A stretch of 64,000 bases of DNA, taken from the NCBI GenBank assembly GCA_050259135.1, contig JBLNAA010000008.1, positions 5,931-69,930 of the forward strand. Direction: 5' to 3'. The DNA is from Methylocystaceae bacterium (GTDB lineage Bacteria; Bacillota; Syntrophomonadia; Syntrophomonadales; JBLNAA01). The position numbers and the translations under genes were made by a program. This document shows, piece by piece, positions 50,347 to 59,716 of the stretch; positions within the stretch are counted from its first letter, which is position 1, and each line of letters opens with the position of its first letter. Under the pieces are notes generated by a model. The model was not told where the DNA came from and did no database searches. It worked only from the letters and a program-made list of their open reading frames with translations.

Positions 50347-50356
50347 TCCGCTATGG

Positions 50357-50932
50357 TTACTGTTCGTACTCTTCCAGGCTCTCTAACCCGAAATTAAGTT
50401 CATCCTGGCTCTTAAATTCAAGTTTACCTTGCTCAATATCTTTCTGTACCTGTGCTGGCAATCGAGCAAACTGGATATTGGTTACATTCAGCAGTTCCCG
50501 TTCATAACCGGCTGGTCCTTTATAAACCACCAATATGCCATCCTTGACCGCTAGATGCCTTTTTACTTCACATTCGGAACATAAGGCATCTAGGCGTTCA
50601 GTCACCACTACTGAATTATCACTGCCCACCGATATTAAATACCCGTGGGTATGTGCATATTCGCCACTTAAATCTTTGAGCGTCTTACCTACTAACTGAT
50701 CTTTATCTTTAAATTCGCTTATTACCCGGTGTGAACAGCGGAAAAAAACCTTTTCTAGTACCACCGGGGTTTCGGGGTTAACCCGCAATAGCTGTTGACG
50801 ACTGGTTTCTACTGGTGTTACCGGCTTGGTATCCGGTTGTCCAATCATTGTTATTCCCCTGGCCAGAGCTAAGCCAAGAACAAAGCTGGCCAGCAGTAAT
50901 AAAATTAACCGCTTCCCTCTGCGGCTTTTCAC
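50357..50932 (-). CDS. Secreted/membrane-anchored BofC-like protein
   Basis: N-terminal signal anchor. The C-terminal half is collinear with B. subtilis BofC as recalled (GY..V..D..V…G.P…L…GI.F). Neighbours ruv genes as bofC does in Bacillus. Confidence 0.5.
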   Translation of the reverse strand: MKSRRGKRLILLLLASFVLGLALARGITMIGQPDTKPVTPVETSRQQLLRVNPETPVVLEKVFFRCSHRVISEFKDKDQLVGKTLKDLSGEYAHTHGYLISVGSDNSVVVTERLDALCSECEVKRHLAVKDGILVVYKGPAGYERELLNVTNIQFARLPAQVQKDIEQGKLEFKSQDELNFGLESLEEYEQ

Positions 50933-51000
50933 GACATATCACCTCACCCGGATTATTCCACCAGATAAGGTATCCTATTCCATATTGTTGTTATATGTTA

Positions 51001-51027
51001 TAAAAAGGCTGCCCTCCGGGGCAGCCC
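51001..51027 (-). terminator. Intrinsic terminator after yebC
   Basis: Minus strand reads GGCTGCCC-CGGA-GGGCAGCC followed by TTTTTAT. Confidence 0.8.
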
Positions 51028-51033
51028 TGCTCA

Positions 51034-51795
51034 CTATTGGATTTTGTCCAGAATATCGTCGGGTATGGTAAAGTTGCCATAAACCTCCTGTATATCCTCA
51101 TAGTCCTCTAACATTCCTACCAGCTTAAGAATTCTGGCAGCTTGATCAGCATCAGTAATTTCTACGGTATTTTCCGGTACCATGGCAATCTGAAATTCAT
51201 CAACCGAAATCTTTTGACTTTCCAGAGCCTCTACCACTTCCATCAGGCTATCCGGGGTAGTCAAAACCTCAAAAACATCTTCATCTTCGCGTACATCTTC
51301 TGCTCCTGCTTCCAATGCCGCCAGCAGAAATTCTTCGCCATCCAACTTCAATTCTTCACGATCAACCACGATCATCCCCATGCGCTTAAACATCCAGCCC
51401 ACACAGCCAGTCTCGCCCAGGTTACCGCCATATTTGGAAAAAAGGTGTCTGACGTCAGCAGCAGTGCGGTTGCGGTTATCGGTTTCGATCTCTAACATAA
51501 TAGCCACCCCGCCAGGCCCATATCCTTCATAAATAATTTCATCAATATTACTGCCTTCACCAGCATCGCCGGTACCCCGTTTAATGGCACGGGCAATATT
51601 TTCATTAGACATATTGGCAGCTTTAGCCTTCTGCACCAGGGCTTTCAATCGCGGGTTGTTGTTAGGATCGCCGCCACCACCTGAACGAACCGCGATGATT
51701 ATTTCTTTCGATATGCGGGTAAATTCTTTACCCCGCCTCTCGTCCTGACGACCCTTTTTATGCTTGATGTTTGCCCATTTGGAATGACCGGACAT
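51034..51795 (-). CDS. yebC: YebC/PmpR family DNA-binding transcriptional regulator
   Basis: MSGHSKWANIKHKKG N-terminus. Length 253 aa. Confidence 0.95.
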   Translation of the reverse strand: MSGHSKWANIKHKKGRQDERRGKEFTRISKEIIIAVRSGGGGDPNNNPRLKALVQKAKAANMSNENIARAIKRGTGDAGEGSNIDEIIYEGYGPGGVAIMLEIETDNRNRTAADVRHLFSKYGGNLGETGCVGWMFKRMGMIVVDREELKLDGEEFLLAALEAGAEDVREDEDVFEVLTTPDSLMEVVEALESQKISVDEFQIAMVPENTVEITDADQAARILKLVGMLEDYEDIQEVYGNFTIPDDILDKIQ

Positions 51796-51864
51796 GGTAA
51801 ACCTCCCTATAACAACACATTTTATCTATTTAACAACCGTTAATGATTTTACCATATCTTTATA

Positions 51865-52602
51865 TTATCGCTCAACCCGCCGGAATGCCGGTACCGGCTG
51901 CCGCTTGTGCTCACTCACCTGTTCCATTTTTTGAATCTTGGTTTTGATCGCCGGGTCTGCCTTTCCAGTCAGAATGTAATTATCCAACTGTTCATAGGTA
52001 AAGCCCATTTCTTTTTCATCAGTCTGCCCCTGCCAGAGACCAGCTGAAGGATGTTTCTCGATGATAACCGGTGGTATTTGCAAATAGGCCGCCAATTCTC
52101 GAACTTCCGTTTTGACCAAATCCGCCAAAGGCAATATATCTACCCCGGCATCGCCATATTTGGTAAAATACCCAACCGTAAGTTCACTTTTATTACCGGT
52201 ACCAGCCACTAAATACCCTCTGCTCTGGGCAAAATAGTAAAGGGTTGTCATCCGCAGCCTGGGCTTAATATTGGCTCTGGCTAGCTGTTCCCGTTCCCCG
52301 GTTAGCTGCAGGCCGGTCATTTGAGCTATCAAGGAATCATAGGCCGGAGTGAGATCCACCTCGTGATGTTCCATATTTAAGTGCCGGGCCAGTAAATAAG
52401 CGTGTTCAAGATCTTCCCGTATACTATGACAGGGCATCATTATTCCAGCCACTGCCGAGCCTACGGCTCGCTGAGCCAGTGCTGCCACTACTGCTGAATC
52501 TATTCCGCCGGATAGGCCAACCACCAGTCCTTTAGCACCAGCGGCCTGTATCCTCTCTTGCATCCACTTTATCATCTGTTCTGCCAGGGCTGCGCTATTC
52601 AT
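51865..52602 (-). CDS. nadE: Ammonia-dependent NAD(+) synthetase
   Basis: PP-loop GLSGGIDSAV. Length 245 aa. Confidence 0.9.
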   Translation of the reverse strand: MNSAALAEQMIKWMQERIQAAGAKGLVVGLSGGIDSAVVAALAQRAVGSAVAGIMMPCHSIREDLEHAYLLARHLNMEHHEVDLTPAYDSLIAQMTGLQLTGEREQLARANIKPRLRMTTLYYFAQSRGYLVAGTGNKSELTVGYFTKYGDAGVDILPLADLVKTEVRELAAYLQIPPVIIEKHPSAGLWQGQTDEKEMGFTYEQLDNYILTGKADPAIKTKIQKMEQVSEHKRQPVPAFRRVER

Positions 52603-52782
52603 AATGCCTTCCTCCTGTTATTTACTGGAAATAGTTATCGGACAAGCGCCGCCGCCTTTGCCGCCGCCAGACTCCTAACTCCCAAATTTCCACAAGCAAT
52701 TGCTGATTCCTGCCTTAAAATTGTAGAACATTGGTTTTAGCATGCCCAAATCCCCTGTCATTTTTCGCTGGCGTCAACTAGC

Positions 52783-52808
52783 AAAAAAGGCTGGCCAAAA
52801 TTCCAGCC
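52783..52808 (-). terminator. Intrinsic terminator ending the S-box/metH operon
   Basis: Minus strand reads GGCTGG-AATTTTGG-CCAGCC followed by TTTTTT. Confidence 0.75.
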
Positions 52809-52832
52809 AGCGTTCCAAACCAATCTATGATT

Positions 52833-53579
52833 CTATAGTCCCACTAATTCCACACTTCCGCGGGCTGCCATCTTATCGCCCAGAATCATCAAAGCACCCC
52901 TTACCCCCGGAATACTGCAGGCAAAGTTCACTGCTGTTTCCAACCGTGATACATCTTTAACCAAATTGCCGGCTGCTGTCGCCGCCGCATCAGCCAGGGC
53001 CGCAGTCTCAGCAATAATAATCGAGGCATCGGCCTGGCCAAAACTTAAGGATGGGCCGACCGTACCTGATGAAGTACAGACCCCCAGCGGGAAACCCCCC
53101 CTGATTATGATTCCAACCTTGCCAGTAAAGGGGGAACTCCCGGCAAACACTGCCACGGTCCGCTCAGTTTCACTGGCCAGAAAGAGATCGCCACCATTTT
53201 CGATAATCACATTTCTAAATCCCTGATTTATGAGATCTTCTCCCACCATTTCAGCTACGGTACCAGCCACCGCCGCCATTGGTCCTACCCCGGCCTGCTG
53301 TCCGGCTAAGAGCATGCGTTTCACTATCTCTGGTGCGTGATTGGTTAAGGGTAAGGGTGAAAGTGCAGCAATAAATTCCGGTACCAGTTCAGCATAGGTC
53401 TCAATATCCGCCCGTAATCTGATCAGCTGCTTTTCCACCTGCTTAAGATCCAGCCTAGCTTCTTTGATCTTATCAACCGCTATCGCCAAATCACTTTCCT
53501 TAACCCTCGCCACGAAATAAGCGAGTTCGGCTGACCGCTGCCAGCTCCGATAAAGAGCGCGATGGCCGCCGGTTTCCAT
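52833..53579 (-). CDS. UPF0280 / COG2122 ApbE-like protein
   Basis: 248 aa, Gly/Ala-rich ApbE-like core. Starts 2 nt downstream of the NIL-ferredoxin gene. Confidence 0.6.
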   Translation of the reverse strand: METGGHRALYRSWQRSAELAYFVARVKESDLAIAVDKIKEARLDLKQVEKQLIRLRADIETYAELVPEFIAALSPLPLTNHAPEIVKRMLLAGQQAGVGPMAAVAGTVAEMVGEDLINQGFRNVIIENGGDLFLASETERTVAVFAGSSPFTGKVGIIIRGGFPLGVCTSSGTVGPSLSFGQADASIIIAETAALADAAATAAGNLVKDVSRLETAVNFACSIPGVRGALMILGDKMAARGSVELVGL

Positions 53580-53580
53580 C

Positions 53581-54009
53581 CTAGCTTACCAGGCTGCGGG
53601 AAAGATGGAAGTATAATTCAACTGCCCGGGTCGGACAACAATCTAAACACATCCCGCAGACCACACATTTATCATTATCAAAGATGATATCCAGGGTTTC
53701 ACGATCTACTGCCAGTGAACCAGTCGGGCAAAAGGAAGCACAGGCTCCGCACTGGGTACAGTTTTCCTCATGCCAGATGACAGTTTGGCTTAGCGGTTCC
53801 ACCGTTATACCCAATTCCCGCAGGTAATTGATCCCCGCCTCAAAATCAACCTTCTCCCCGCTGAGTTCCATAACCAGATAGCCCTCTTTTTGAGGATTAA
53901 TATCAGCTTTCAAAATATTAACCGTCAGGTCATATTGACGCACCATAGTAGATATTACCGGCTGTTCTACCTGGGATGCGGAAAAATAGCAAACTACCCT
54001 CTGCTTCAT
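53581..54009 (-). CDS. NIL domain + 2x[4Fe-4S] ferredoxin protein
   Basis: N-terminal NIL-like domain (PVISTMVRQYDLTVNILKADI). Two Cys clusters: CTQCGACASFCP and CVVCGMCLDCCP. Confidence 0.75.
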   Translation of the reverse strand: MKQRVVCYFSASQVEQPVISTMVRQYDLTVNILKADINPQKEGYLVMELSGEKVDFEAGINYLRELGITVEPLSQTVIWHEENCTQCGACASFCPTGSLAVDRETLDIIFDNDKCVVCGMCLDCCPTRAVELYFHLSRSLVS

Positions 54010-54028
54010 AATCTAATCCCCCTCTCCC

Positions 54029-55246
54029 TTATTTCCCATTGCCGTTGACTGGATGAATCGGCAGAGACTTGAAGTCTATCGGTGCATCGGCTCCCGGCAG
54101 AGGCAGAACCGGAACCGTAAGTTCAAATTTACCGGCGGCGATCCATGATTTCAGGATTTCTGCAACTTTCCGCGCCCGCGGGTAACTGGACATCGGGGTA
54201 GTAGGTATTTCTTTACCCTGAATAGTAACTTTCCCGGATTTGAGGTCACGGTAATTGACATGGCCCAAATCCATCTTTTTATTATAGGGATATTGTTCAC
54301 TGTAATCAGTTACCGGGGCCATAATATCTTCATCCTTTACCGCCGTGTAAAGCAGCATTTCTTCATCGAGTATGGGAATAGGAACACCAATTCCCACTAT
54401 CATAGATACCCCATATCCCAGGAAACTTCCACCGACCAGCCATTCCGGGCTCATCTGTTTCAGATCGCCGATTAATGACAAGGTTCCGGAACCGGATTTG
54501 GGGACCCCATTTTCACTGCGCTCCACATTAGGATGGTGTTGGGTTCCATGCCAGGCTACATAGCCTACGCCGCCGCCCAGGAAGATACGGGTCCCCACAC
54601 CAATAGTCCGATAATGAGGGTCGTTCAGCAGCGGTGACAATTGACCGGACGTTGAGTAGCCGGCGTTTCCCAACCGGGGTTTTAATATACCCATATAGGT
54701 GTAAAGCGTTTTATCCCCCAGATTAACGGCACAGGCATAATTTTGATAGGCATTACGCGGATTGAACAATATAGCTTCGTTGATTTCCTCCAGGGTTATG
54801 GTTGTTTCAATATGCTTGCGCGGATAGCAGTCAGTTCCGTAACCTTCGGCTTCGAAACGGATAGTTTTGCCTGCTACCAGGTCATGGATGACATGGGCGC
54901 CGCCATAGGCGAAACGGCCAGGATGCACTTTATTCTCCGGATCATTTTCCGGAAGCGCAGTGGCACCCAGGTAGGCATCAACCGCAGCAATGCCGCCATA
55001 GGCTTCGACCCCGTTCAGCCAAACCTTACCCATCCGCATCCGCGGCGTGGTATGGCCAAAATTAAGAAAAACACCGGAAGAACACATGGGGCCAAAGGTA
55101 CCCGTGGTTACTACATCGATATCATGGGCTGCCTGGGCAACGCCCTTTTCTTCCACAATTTTAATAACTTCTTCAGCAGTAACAACTACTGCTCTCCCAG
55201 TCCTGATTTTTTCGTTGATTTCTTCGTAAGTCTTGGTGACTGCCAT
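54029..55246 (-). CDS. COG1900 (DUF39) homocysteine biosynthesis protein
   Basis: 405 aa. The call rests on family recognition from the overall sequence character and on the conserved partnership with NIL-ferredoxin and COG2122 genes. No search was run. Confidence 0.6.
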   Translation of the reverse strand: MAVTKTYEEINEKIRTGRAVVVTAEEVIKIVEEKGVAQAAHDIDVVTTGTFGPMCSSGVFLNFGHTTPRMRMGKVWLNGVEAYGGIAAVDAYLGATALPENDPENKVHPGRFAYGGAHVIHDLVAGKTIRFEAEGYGTDCYPRKHIETTITLEEINEAILFNPRNAYQNYACAVNLGDKTLYTYMGILKPRLGNAGYSTSGQLSPLLNDPHYRTIGVGTRIFLGGGVGYVAWHGTQHHPNVERSENGVPKSGSGTLSLIGDLKQMSPEWLVGGSFLGYGVSMIVGIGVPIPILDEEMLLYTAVKDEDIMAPVTDYSEQYPYNKKMDLGHVNYRDLKSGKVTIQGKEIPTTPMSSYPRARKVAEILKSWIAAGKFELTVPVLPLPGADAPIDFKSLPIHPVNGNGK

Positions 55247-55261
55247 ATTCTTTCTCCCCTT

Positions 55262-57757
55262 TTACTGGTTACCCATCAAATTGCGGGCTTTTACCGCGGC
55301 ATCCCGTGCATCACGCGAATAAGCATCGGCACCGATTTCAGCGGCATATTCGTCAGTGAGTACGGCACCACCTACCATTATTTTGACTCGCAGGTCCTGC
55401 TCACGAACCAGCGCAATTATTTCTGCCATTCGCGGCATGGTGGTGGTCATTAACGCTGAAAGACCGATAATATCTGCCTTTTCCTTCCGGGCAGTTTCCA
55501 CAATGGCAGCTGCCGGTACATCCTTACCCAGGTCGATCACCCGAAAACCGTAATTCTCCATCATGACTGCAACAATATTTTTACCTATATCATGAATGTC
55601 GCCCTGGACAGTGGCTAATATCACAGTTCCGATGTAAGTTTGTCCTCCTTCAGCTAACCGGGGCCGCAGGTGGTTAAAAGCAGTTTTCATGGTCTCGGCG
55701 CTGCGCATCAATTGCGGCAGGAAATATTCTTTCCGATCATAGCGCCGACCCACCTCCTCAATAGCTGGTATCAGATGCCGGTTAACCAAATCAATCGCAC
55801 TTGTTCCCTTATTTAGCTCCTGATCCAGTAATTCCGTTACCTTATTTTGATCACCGGTTACCACGGCCTGATATACACCACTAATTTCTGCTGTTTCCGG
55901 TTTCTCTGCCAATGCAGGTTTAGCTGCTGGGGCTTTCACCGGGCTGCCAGCTACCAGGTCCGGAATATTGCAGTGCTGGCATATGGGTGAACGGGAAACC
56001 GCTTTTTCGGTTAACTTTAACCCATCTCGATAACAATCAATATAGCCGGCTGCATAAGCATCCCGGTTTAACAAAACCCCAGCGGCTCTGGTTACCTCCT
56101 GCATCCGCTCATCGAAAGGATTCATGATCGGCAGATCCAACCCGGAAGACCAGGCCATAGCCAGGTAAGCTGAGTTTAATATTTCCCGGGCTGGTAACCC
56201 GTGTGATACATTGGATACTCCCAGGACCGTACCTACTCCCAGTTCCGCTTTTATAGCAGTGATGGTCTTTAACGTCTCCATCACCTGGTCCTGTTCAGCG
56301 CTGGCCGTTTTAACCAGGCCATCCAGGTAGATGTCAACATCCCGCAGGCCATAATGCCTGGCCCGCTGGTAAATCTTACGGGCAACCTGCATTCTGCCCT
56401 CAGTATCATTGGGAATACCGTTTTCATCCAGGCACAGACCAAGGACGGCAGCACCATATTTCTTGGCCAACGGCAAAATGGTATCAAGTGCCTTGGTTTC
56501 ACCAGTTGTCGAGTTAATCAAAGCCCGGCCGACAAACCCCTTAAGACCTGCCTCCAGTGCTGCCGGGTTGGTGGTATCCAAAGATAAAGGTACTGTCACC
56601 GTACTCTGCAGCATTTCTACCGCCTGCTGCATAGCCGCGGGTTCGTCAATACCCGGGACCCCCATATTCACATCCAATACGGGGGCTCCTGCTGCCACCT
56701 GTTTGCGAGCTTCTTCCAGCACCATCCCCATCTGACCGGCTTTAATTTCTGCCGCCAGCTTCTTCCGGGCAGTGGGATTGATCCTTTCACCAATATATTT
56801 AAGATTTCCCTGATCAATAAAGATCGAACTCGTTCTTGAGGCTAAAGCGCGATGATTTTTAACCTGCCGTTTAACCGGCGGCAATCCTTTAAGCATTTGT
56901 GCAATTGCCTTAATATGCTGAGGGGTACTGCCGCAGCAGCCGCCAATAATATTGGCCCCCGCTTCCCGTAAACGCAGCGCCCATTCCGCCATAAAGTCAG
57001 GACTGTCAGGGAAAACCGTCTGGCCATCCACTAAGCGGGGAAGCCCGGCATTAGGTTCTACAGAAATATAACAATTGGTATACTGGCCCATTTGCTCAAT
57101 TAACGGGCATAATTCGGCAGCCCCTCCGGAACAGTTAGCTCCAATAGCTAATGGTGACAATGCCTCCAGGATCACTGCCGCCGTTACCGGATCGGTGCCC
57201 ATCATGGTTCTCCCGCCTTCTTCAAAGGTCAAATGAGCCAGTATAGGAAGCTGACAGCTGTCATGCGCTGCAATCACTGCTGCTCTCAGTTCACCAATAT
57301 CAGTCATGGTTTCAATGGAAATAATATCGGCGCCCGCCTCAGCGGCGGCACTGATTTGTTCTTTAAATGCCAGGTACAAATCATCAAAATCTACCTGCCC
57401 CATCGGCTTAAGCAACTGGCCAGTAGGCCCAATTGAAACCGCCACCCAACCCTGGCTCCCGACTGCACGGCGGGCAATCCTAACTGCTTCGGCATTGATT
57501 TCCCTGACCCGCTCAGCCAGACCGTACTCACTTAATTTAAAGCGGTTTCCGCCAAAAGTATTGGTTTGAATAATATCAGAGCCGGCTTCCACATACTGCC
57601 GATGAATATCCTCCAATACCTCCGGGTGCTCCATACCAAAGAGTTCCGGACATTCCCCCGGCATCAGCCCGTTTTGCTGCAGCATGGTCCCCATAGCCCC
57701 ATCGAGTATCAGAATTCTTTCCTCTAAAGCCGCCAGCAGTGTCTGCACCTGTAACAC
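55262..57757 (-). CDS. metH: Cobalamin-dependent methionine synthase, short form lacking the AdoMet reactivation domain
   Basis: Homocysteine S-methyltransferase domain (GGCCGSTP), pterin-binding domain, B12-binding domain (DIHDIGKN = DxHxxG; SALMTT). 831 aa, ending right after the B12 domain. GTG start. Confidence 0.9.
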   Translation of the reverse strand: MLQVQTLLAALEERILILDGAMGTMLQQNGLMPGECPELFGMEHPEVLEDIHRQYVEAGSDIIQTNTFGGNRFKLSEYGLAERVREINAEAVRIARRAVGSQGWVAVSIGPTGQLLKPMGQVDFDDLYLAFKEQISAAAEAGADIISIETMTDIGELRAAVIAAHDSCQLPILAHLTFEEGGRTMMGTDPVTAAVILEALSPLAIGANCSGGAAELCPLIEQMGQYTNCYISVEPNAGLPRLVDGQTVFPDSPDFMAEWALRLREAGANIIGGCCGSTPQHIKAIAQMLKGLPPVKRQVKNHRALASRTSSIFIDQGNLKYIGERINPTARKKLAAEIKAGQMGMVLEEARKQVAAGAPVLDVNMGVPGIDEPAAMQQAVEMLQSTVTVPLSLDTTNPAALEAGLKGFVGRALINSTTGETKALDTILPLAKKYGAAVLGLCLDENGIPNDTEGRMQVARKIYQRARHYGLRDVDIYLDGLVKTASAEQDQVMETLKTITAIKAELGVGTVLGVSNVSHGLPAREILNSAYLAMAWSSGLDLPIMNPFDERMQEVTRAAGVLLNRDAYAAGYIDCYRDGLKLTEKAVSRSPICQHCNIPDLVAGSPVKAPAAKPALAEKPETAEISGVYQAVVTGDQNKVTELLDQELNKGTSAIDLVNRHLIPAIEEVGRRYDRKEYFLPQLMRSAETMKTAFNHLRPRLAEGGQTYIGTVILATVQGDIHDIGKNIVAVMMENYGFRVIDLGKDVPAAAIVETARKEKADIIGLSALMTTTMPRMAEIIALVREQDLRVKIMVGGAVLTDEYAAEIGADAYSRDARDAAVKARNLMGNQ

Positions 57758-57775
57758 CTCAATTCCTAACTAATG

Positions 57776-57802
57776 AAAAAGCCTCTTCCCAGAAGAAGAG
57801 GC
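57776..57802 (-). terminator. Terminator (expression platform) of the SAM-I riboswitch
   Basis: Minus strand reads GCCTCTTC-TTCTGG-GAAGAGGC followed by TTTTT. Confidence 0.85.
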
Positions 57803-57827
57803 CAGATATCCGTATCAGGTCATCCCC

Positions 57828-57926
57828 CTTATCTCCCAGGATAAATCCCGCAGGAATTGGCACCATTCCCAGATTTGGGCGGTTGCCGGGCTTCATCGGG
57901 CCAGTCCCTCCACCACTCTAGATAAG
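57828..57926 (-). promoter_or_regulatory. SAM-I (S-box) riboswitch aptamer
   Basis: Minus strand reads CTTATCTAGAGTGGTGGAGGGACTGGCCCGATGAAGCCCGGCAACC…GGTGCCAATTCCTGC…GAGATAAG. This matches the S-box consensus almost position for position. Confidence 0.93.
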
Positions 57927-57996
57927 ATAGTAATACCGTATTTAGTTATATTAATGAAAAAGATATCATTAGGTTCTAATTAATGTCAACTGGCAA

Positions 57997-58209
57997 TTAC
58001 AGCTTTTTGGTCAAATCGTTCAATTCATCGAGGCCAACTGCATCCTGGACATCCTTTTTTACATCAGTGGTTGCTTTTTTGAACTCAGTAATAGCTCGTC
58101 CGATTGATTGACCGACCTGTGGTAATTTGCCCGGTCCCACCACGATTAGAGCTATGGCCAGGATCAGTATTAATTCCCAGGGTCCGATATTTCCAAGAAT
58201 ACCGAACAT
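57997..58209 (-). CDS. tatA: Twin-arginine translocase subunit TatA/E
   Basis: 70 aa. N-terminal TM helix followed by the GPGKLP hinge and an amphipathic helix. Confidence 0.9.
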   Translation of the reverse strand: MFGILGNIGPWELILILAIALIVVGPGKLPQVGQSIGRAITEFKKATTDVKKDVQDAVGLDELNDLTKKL

Positions 58210-58333
58210 TTATATCCCTCCCTAATATAGGTTTCTCTCTATACCCCTAATTCTACGCCGATAAGACCCTAATAAGCAATTAACTTCCAGGACTCTCGTG
58301 AGATTTTTAACCAAAGTTTTTTACTTTTTTACT

Positions 58334-58360
58334 TAAGGAAATTAAAAATGTTTTCGATAT
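58334..58360 (+). promoter_or_regulatory. Weak sigma-D (sigma-28)-like promoter candidate upstream of flgG
   Basis: TAAG-N15-TTCGATAT against the consensus TAAA-N15-GCCGATAT. A second -10-like box GCCGATAA lies at 58257-58264 but has no -35. Confidence 0.25.
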
Positions 58361-58455
58361 TAATTTAGGGCTGGTCTCGCTTAGGAGAAGCCCTCGGAAA
58401 TGCTGACCGACTGAGGCATTTCCACCCAAGTTAATTATTACTGGGGGATGAAAAA

Positions 58456-59247
58456 ATGATAAGGTCTCTCTATACAGCGAGCACAGGTATGTATGCCCAA
58501 CAGCTTAATGTGGACAATATTGCTCATAATATGTCCAATGTAAACACCAATGGTTTTAAGAAATCCCGCGTCGAGTTTCAGGATTTGCTTTACCAGACTG
58601 TACGCCAGCCAGCTCAGGCTGCTAACACGGATACAGTTCCACCCACCGGCATTGTTGTCGGCCTGGGGGTAAAACCAGCCGCTATTTATTCCCTTTATAC
58701 CCAGGGTAACATGCTGAATACCAGTATTCCTACTGATGTAGCTATCGCCGGTGAGGGCTTCTTCCAGATTGAAGTACCTGGGTATTCTGAGCCTTTATAC
58801 AGCCGGGATGGTGCCATTAAAATTGATGCTCAGGGAAATATGGTAACAGCTGACGGCTACAAGTATGTAGGAGCTGAACAGCTGCCAGAGGGTGCCTATG
58901 ATGTCGCCATTCATAAAGATGGCAAAATTACCTATCGCCTGCCTGACAGCAATGATACATTGGAAGCCGGGCAGCTAAAGCTATCTAAATTCATGAACCC
59001 GGCTGGCCTTGAAAAACTGGGAACTAACCTTTATAACCGTTCAGCTAATTCGGGTGAACCAATAGATTGGGACCCCGAAAGTGACAGCAGTACGCACCTT
59101 GAATCTGGATATCTGGAAGGTTCCAATGTTCAAATTGTCGAGGAAATGGTCAATCTGATAACCGCTCAGCGGGCCTATGATACTAACTCCAAGGTAATTC
59201 AGGCCTCTGATGAAATGCTTCAGACCGCAGTCGGTCTCCGCCGATAA
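58456..59247 (+). CDS. flgG: Flagellar basal-body rod protein FlgG family
   Basis: N-terminal MIRSLYTASTGM…NIAHNMSNVNTNGFK and C-terminal GYLEGSNV…LITAQRAYD motifs. Confidence 0.9.
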   Translation: MIRSLYTASTGMYAQQLNVDNIAHNMSNVNTNGFKKSRVEFQDLLYQTVRQPAQAANTDTVPPTGIVVGLGVKPAAIYSLYTQGNMLNTSIPTDVAIAGEGFFQIEVPGYSEPLYSRDGAIKIDAQGNMVTADGYKYVGAEQLPEGAYDVAIHKDGKITYRLPDSNDTLEAGQLKLSKFMNPAGLEKLGTNLYNRSANSGEPIDWDPESDSSTHLESGYLEGSNVQIVEEMVNLITAQRAYDTNSKVIQASDEMLQTAVGLRR

Positions 59248-59262
59248 TCAGGAGGTAGGTAA

Positions 59263-59664
59263 GTGATTAAGCCGATCGGTTCCAACAGCAACCTGATTGC
59301 TACGCAGCAAAAAGCCGAAGCAGAACTTGAACAGAATAATTTTGACCAAGTTTTAAAGAAAGCTGGGCAAGCCCAAGACGATAAAAAACTTAAAGAAGCC
59401 TGTCAGGAATTGGAGAGTGTATTTCTCTATCAGATGTTAAGTGCCATGCGCTCTACACTTTCACCCAACCCCCTGCTGGGCCGCAGTCAGGCTGAAGAAA
59501 TATTTCAGGGTATGCTGGATCAGGAAGTAACCAAGAATGCTTCCAAAACTGGAACTGTTGGATTAGCTGATATCCTTTACAACCAACTCAAGCAAACTAT
59601 GACCCAACAAAAGAATCCCGGACCAGCACAGACCCAGACTACTGATACCACAACTGATAAATAA
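59263..59664 (+). CDS. Rod-binding protein (FlgJ N-terminal domain only)
   Basis: ACQELESVFLYQMLSAMR motif of the rod-binding domain. No muramidase domain. GTG start after AGGAGG. Confidence 0.75.
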   Translation: MIKPIGSNSNLIATQQKAEAELEQNNFDQVLKKAGQAQDDKKLKEACQELESVFLYQMLSAMRSTLSPNPLLGRSQAEEIFQGMLDQEVTKNASKTGTVGLADILYNQLKQTMTQQKNPGPAQTQTTDTTTDK

Positions 59665-59697
59665 AAAGAAGGGGCTGATCAAACCCCTTCTTTTATT
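59664..59697. terminator. Bidirectional terminator between convergent flgJ-like and HD-GYP genes
   Basis: AAAAAGAAGGGG-CTGATCAAA-CCCCTTCTTTT. Confidence 0.85.
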
Positions 59698-59716
59698 CAA
59701 TTTTTAATTTATCAGT

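Noticed and set aside
54743-55453. 236-aa plus-strand ORF antisense to the COG1900 gene and the metH 3' end
   Set aside because: It spans an intergenic junction of two well-supported minus-strand genes, and has no RBS or recognisable motif. This is a shadow ORF.
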